Assembly: GCF_000328665.1 (NCBI RefSeq) | Contig: NC_019977.1 | Span: 1,666,011 to 1,730,010, forward strand | Source of the DNA: Methanomethylovorans hollandica DSM 15978 | GTDB taxonomy: Archaea; Halobacteriota; Methanosarcinia; Methanosarcinales; Methanosarcinaceae | Reading direction: 5' to 3' | Length of the DNA stretch: 64,000 nucleotides | In this document: positions 59,901-64,000 of the stretch, piece by piece | Layout: every line of letters starts with the position of its first letter | Position numbering within the stretch: position 1 is the first letter of the stretch | Position numbers and translations under genes: made by a program | Notes under the pieces: model-generated | The model's input: only the letters and a program-made list of their open reading frames with translations | What the model was told of the DNA's origin: nothing | Databases searched by the model: none

Positions 59901-60956
59901 GTATTAGCAGGATTAACCAATACTACTACAGAACCAGCACTTTCAGCCTTGTACTTAGTCATATTGATTAACATGTTCCACGATACGTCTGCTATGCTTT
60001 TTGCAAGACAGTGGTTTTTAATCATGTTTTTAATATTCAAATCTTCAAAAGCAATAAATGAATAATTGCCCACAAGTTGTCTACTGATTTGATGTGCAAA
60101 ATTATACCGTTTGTTAGCTATTCTTTCGTGAACTAACTGAACCACTTTCCTAGCTTTCTGTCGTTCAGTGGTACCTTTAGAGGCTTTGGAAAGTTTGCGT
60201 TGGACTCTCGCAAGCTCTTTCTCTTCAGCTCTGAAGAAACGTGGATTTGGAATAAAGGTTCCATTCGACATGGTTGCGAAATTTGCAAGTCCAACATCAA
60301 TACCTACGACTTTATTCAGATCGGCGATTGGTGTTGGAGTATCTTCAACTTCAATTGTCAAGCACACATACCATTTATTGCATGCTGTTCTTCTAACAGT
60401 TATACGTTTCACATTGTCTTCTATTTGTCTATGGAATTTGACATATACATCTCCTATTTTGGATAGATAGATGTGATTGTTCTTTAATTTAAAACCCATC
60501 TGAGGATAAGTGAAACTATCATACCATCCTTTGCCCTTGAAACGAGGATAGCCTGGTTTCTCTCCATTCTTTACCCTTCTAAAAAAGTGTTTGAAGGCAA
60601 GATCAACACGTTCCTGTACTTCCTGAAGAGTCTGAGAAAACACTTCATTATACTCTGTATTCTCTACTTTCCACTGTGGTAGAAGATTGTTTAGTGCATA
60701 TTTAGATAATGTTTTTCCAGTTTCTTCATAAACTTGCTTTCGTTCAGCAAGAGTCCGATTATATACTTGCCTACATAATTCCAAGCTCCGCTCCATCTGT
60801 CGAATTTGAGATTTGGTTGGATAGATACGAAACTTGTATATCTTACGCATTTAGTATATATATGACTTATTCGCTTAAATACATAGCTTTTGTTAGTATA
60901 AGTGTACACCATTCATCCCACGACTAAAGATCGTGGGCTTTCTGGCTGCTTATTTC
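59710..60956 (-). mobile_element. IS200/IS605-family element, tnpB only (IS1341-like, non-autonomous)
   Basis: LE: TTAC | 19 nt ending AAAG | hairpin cccacga-N7-tcgtggg (60917-60937). RE: GAAG | hairpin cccaca-N9-tgtggg (59719-59739) | ends TCAC. This fits the IS608 guide/cleavage-site rules. No tnpA. Confidence 0.88.
59726..60850 (-). CDS. tnpB: RNA-guided endonuclease TnpB
   Basis: YKFRIYPT, GYPRFK; RuvC residues intact (GIDVG, FEDL, DRDHNAAINI); CSRC...CDSC zinc finger. Confidence 0.96.
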   Translation of the reverse strand: MRKIYKFRIYPTKSQIRQMERSLELCRQVYNRTLAERKQVYEETGKTLSKYALNNLLPQWKVENTEYNEVFSQTLQEVQERVDLAFKHFFRRVKNGEKPGYPRFKGKGWYDSFTYPQMGFKLKNNHIYLSKIGDVYVKFHRQIEDNVKRITVRRTACNKWYVCLTIEVEDTPTPIADLNKVVGIDVGLANFATMSNGTFIPNPRFFRAEEKELARVQRKLSKASKGTTERQKARKVVQLVHERIANKRYNFAHQISRQLVGNYSFIAFEDLNIKNMIKNHCLAKSIADVSWNMLINMTKYKAESAGSVVVLVNPANTSKMCSRCGLLVEKTLADRVHKCDSCDLVMDRDHNAAINILRLGLQSVGIETVEAHRL

Positions 60957-61307
60957 GTAAAAATACTATGCTTCATCCTAAAGTCCATTGGTATACCGTT
61001 ATATATACATTAGTAATATAAATAGTAATTTAAGAATACTGCACAATACCTATGACAGACAGCAGAGCAATTCCTTATAAAAACAAGTTTCTGACATCGC
61101 TAGATTAGCTTAAGAATCATTTCAGCAGGCTTGTCACCTACATATTAAAGGCGTTTATATTTCCCATTAATTTTCAAAAATACTTGTGAATAAATTAAAT
61201 AAAAAGAGATGAGATATAAAACAAAACCGCCAATATTCTGACTTTGATTTCCTGCAACTGGCGGCTTTGATCTCTTAAAGTTGGAGTTACGAGATACTAA
61301 TTCTAGA

Positions 61308-62783
61308 CTACCTGCTTTCTTCCACTTCAGTAAGTGATATGCCAAGGGCTTCAGCTACACCTTTCCCATAGGCAGGATCTGCCTTTAGGCAGTTCCCTAT
61401 GTGCCTTACTTTGATCATCTTTGGTGCATCACCCATAGCACGAGCAGTATTTTCAAACAAAACCTTTTGCTGCTCAGGACTCATGAGTCTGAATAATTTA
61501 CCGGGCTGAGTATAATAATCAGCATCATCTTCTCTGAAGTCCCACTGATATGCTGCTCCGTATAGCTCAAGTGGAGGTTCCTTAAACTCGGATTGCTCTA
61601 CCCATTCTCCATAACTGTTTGGCTCATAACCAAGAGTACTGCCGGCGTTGGCATTGACCCTCATTTGTCCATCCCTATGATAACTATTAACTGGACATTT
61701 GGGAGCATTTACAGGTATTTGGTGGTGATTGACTCCCAATCTATATCGCTGCGCATCTCCGTAGGAGAAAAGCCTTCCCTGAAGCATTTTATCAGGTGAA
61801 AGTCCAATTCCTGGAACAATATTTGCAGGATTAAAAGCTGCTTGTTCCACATCTGCGAAATAGTTATCCGAATTCCGGTTCAGCTCCAAATAACCAACTT
61901 CAATAAGCGGATATTCGTTTTTATACCATACTTTTGTTAGATCAAACGGATTGTATGGCATATTTAACGCTTGTTCCTGGGTCATTACCTGGATGAACAT
62001 CTTCCAGCGAGGGAAATCTCCACGTTCAATACTTTCATAAAGATCCCTTTGGTGGCTCTCTCTATCTTTAGCGACTATCGCCTCAGCTTCTTCATCTGTA
62101 AGATTTTTAATACCTTGCTGACACACAAGATGGAATTTTACCCATAACCGCTCGTTATTGCCATTGATCATGCTGTAGGCATGGCTTCCAAAACCATGCA
62201 TATGCCTATAAGAGTAAGGAATGCCTCTGTCACTCATTGTGATGGTAACCTGATGAAGTGCTTCAGGCAGTGAAGTCCAGAAGTCCCAGTTATTCTTTGC
62301 ACTTCTCATATTTGTACGTGGATCACGCTTGATCGCGTGATTAAGATCCGGGAATTTGAGCGGATCACGAAGGAAAAACACCGGAGTATTGTTGCCTACC
62401 AGGTCCCAGTTGCCTTCTTCAGTGTAAAATTTCATCGCGAAACCGCGGATATCACGTTCAGCATCTGCAGCACCGCGTTCTCCCGCAACGGTAGAAAAGC
62501 GCATAAATAAGTCAGTCTTCTTTCCGATATCAGAAAATATTTTGGCTTTAGTGTATCTCGTAATATCATGAGTTACAACAAATGTTCCAAATGCACCGGA
62601 ACCTTTTGCATGCATACGTCTCTCAGGGATTACTTCCCTGTCAAAATGTGCAAGCTTCTCCAAAAACCAAACATCCTGTAACAGCTGCGGACCACGGGGA
62701 CCGGCCGTTATCACATTCTGATTATCAGAAACAGGTGCTCCTGCCACTGTAGTCAGTTTTCCATTTAAATTCTTTCCGTTCAT
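61308..62783 (-). CDS. Monofunctional heme catalase (small subunit)
   Basis: [45 protein letters not shown]. Confidence 0.97.
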   Translation of the reverse strand: MNGKNLNGKLTTVAGAPVSDNQNVITAGPRGPQLLQDVWFLEKLAHFDREVIPERRMHAKGSGAFGTFVVTHDITRYTKAKIFSDIGKKTDLFMRFSTVAGERGAADAERDIRGFAMKFYTEEGNWDLVGNNTPVFFLRDPLKFPDLNHAIKRDPRTNMRSAKNNWDFWTSLPEALHQVTITMSDRGIPYSYRHMHGFGSHAYSMINGNNERLWVKFHLVCQQGIKNLTDEEAEAIVAKDRESHQRDLYESIERGDFPRWKMFIQVMTQEQALNMPYNPFDLTKVWYKNEYPLIEVGYLELNRNSDNYFADVEQAAFNPANIVPGIGLSPDKMLQGRLFSYGDAQRYRLGVNHHQIPVNAPKCPVNSYHRDGQMRVNANAGSTLGYEPNSYGEWVEQSEFKEPPLELYGAAYQWDFREDDADYYTQPGKLFRLMSPEQQKVLFENTARAMGDAPKMIKVRHIGNCLKADPAYGKGVAEALGISLTEVEESR

Positions 62784-62879
62784 AAAAAACTCCTATACAT
62801 TAAACCCATTTTCTTACAATGCCACAAAATAAGCACAAAAATATAGGCTCAGACATTTCTAATGTCATGAGCCTTCAAG

Positions 62880-63031
62880 AGATCAATCCCTGAGCGGCAT
62901 CAATTAGATGTTCTCGATTACCTTGAACATTTCCGCTAATCAAGCAACCACTTATCGGCAAGTGCCTCTTTTAGTTCACCTGGAAATCCATCTACATCGA
63001 TGCCAAAGATCTCTATTTCTTTTATCCCCTT
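62880..63031 (-). pseudogene. Eroded 5' fragment of a DPSL/bacterioferritin-related ferritin-like gene
   Basis: Manual translation KGIKEIEIFGIDVDGFPGELKEALADKWLLD* resembles the recalled N-terminus MGxKGxEIVGxDVDxLIxxLNxALADEWLA; AAG stands where ATG is expected. Confidence 0.6.
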
Positions 63032-63063
63032 TTAATCAGCTTCACTTAACAGGGGCATTCGGT

Positions 63064-63738
63064 TCAAGACTCTTTCTTAAAGCAGATGAACCAGTCCAGG
63101 CAATACTTGCCCTCTTCCTTTTGCTCGACGCGCTCTTTTGCAACACCGCATGAACCCGGTGGAGGGATTATGACGTCTTCGCCTGGCTGCCAGTTGGCAG
63201 GGGTTGCAATACCTTCGGCATCTGATTTCTGCATAGCCAGCAATAGCCTCTTGATCTCAGCCATGTTCCTGCCGTTGGACAGAGGGTAATAAAGTACAGC
63301 TCTTACCTTTGCTTTCGGGTCAATGATGAAAACCGCTCTTACTGCCTGTGTATTAGAAGCATTGGGTTGTACCATCCCATATTTCTTTGCAACGTCCATC
63401 CTGATATCTTCGATAACAGGGAAGGTAACTTCCACATTCTTCATTCCCTTGAACTCGATCTTCTCTTTGATGGTCCTAAGCCATGCAATATGAGCATATA
63501 TACTGTCGATGGAAAGGCCAATTAGCTCTGTGTTGAGTTCCTTGAACTCTTTCTGCATGGAAGCAAAGGTCATGAACTCGGTGGTACATACGGGAGTGAA
63601 ATCAGCAGGGTGGCTGAACAGGATCACCCATTTACCTTTATAATCCTCGGGGAATTTGATCTCGCCCATTGTTGTCTTTGCTGTGAATGCTGGTGCATCG
63701 TCGCCTATTAAAGGCATAGTTACTCTTTCTTCATCCAT
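63064..63738 (-). CDS. Peroxiredoxin (archaeal Prx6 type)
   Basis: LFSHPADFTPVCTTE, GRN..EI.R, TPANW, C-terminal CLDWF.C. Confidence 0.95.
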   Translation of the reverse strand: MDEERVTMPLIGDDAPAFTAKTTMGEIKFPEDYKGKWVILFSHPADFTPVCTTEFMTFASMQKEFKELNTELIGLSIDSIYAHIAWLRTIKEKIEFKGMKNVEVTFPVIEDIRMDVAKKYGMVQPNASNTQAVRAVFIIDPKAKVRAVLYYPLSNGRNMAEIKRLLLAMQKSDAEGIATPANWQPGEDVIIPPPGSCGVAKERVEQKEEGKYCLDWFICFKKES

Positions 63739-64000
63739 TTATGTTATCCTCCTTACATTTCTTGCATTTTCCATAAAAGTTAGTGTTCACTGAATCGATA
63801 CTGAATCCTTCTATACCGCCAGCTATCTTCATTGAATAATCGAACAATTCTTCTGACTCAAAATCTTCTATCTTCCCACAATCCCGACATATTAGGTGAT
63901 GGTGCGGTACGAAATTAGCTTCAAACCTTGTTACCCCTTTTACGTTCACCTCCTCAAGCAATCCTCTCTCAGAAAGGAATTTGAGATTCTTGTAGACTGT
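63731..64000 (-). CDS. Fur/PerR-family regulator, 3' part; start lies beyond the window
   Basis: TVYKNLKFLSERGLLEEV...RFE...HHHLICRDCGKIED...G.CKKC. Confidence 0.9.
   Translation of the reverse strand, partial: TVYKNLKFLSERGLLEEVNVKGVTRFEANFVPHHHLICRDCGKIEDFESEELFDYSMKIAGGIEGFSIDSVNTNFYGKCKKCKEDNING

Noticed and set aside
59726..60850. TnpB as a nuclease-dead TldR or a Cas12f
   Set aside because: All three RuvC acidic residues are present, IS ends are intact, and no CRISPR array is nearby.
59683..60861. The 19-bp direct repeat as a target-site duplication
   Set aside because: One copy lies about 95 nt inside the left end, and this family makes no TSD.
38427..61310. TAG stops on polX, the epimerase, the HTH gene, tnpB and catalase as pyrrolysine readthrough
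   Set aside because: Each protein is complete at the TAG, the extensions I translated are short and featureless, and no pyl genes are in the window.
62908..63153. Plus-strand 81-aa ORF
   Set aside because: Antisense to the peroxiredoxin end and the DPSL relic; no motif.

Overview
Archaeal chromosomal segment from a methanogen, most likely Methanosarcinaceae (methanogenesis marker 14, mfnB, LonB, thermosome, dph5, Isf and gamma-carbonic anhydrase are all present). It is mostly housekeeping: htpX, hom, lig, tldD/pmbA, lonB, a Val-Phe-Gly tRNA cluster, tmk and polX. It also carries redox and metal modules (rubrerythrin, ArsC, OYE/Isf/HxlR/flavodoxin, copZ-copA, Fur/PerR-peroxiredoxin-catalase), a surface-glycan modification cluster (48.4-58.5 kb) and a complete tnpB-only IS200/IS605 element (59710-60956). 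The most unusual signal is at this element. Its ends follow the IS608 TTAC/TCAC rules, it splits an inverted repeat in front of a wHTH gene, and the flank that would supply its omegaRNA guide contains a 19-nt perfect copy of tnpB's own start region. Several features are absent from the ORF track: a 42-aa zinc-finger microprotein, a probable ATT-initiated lipoprotein, and gene relics (DPSL/ferritin-like, EFR1-type flavodoxin, Isf-like). No CRISPR array or rRNA was seen. All family calls come from recognising motifs by eye, not from database searches.
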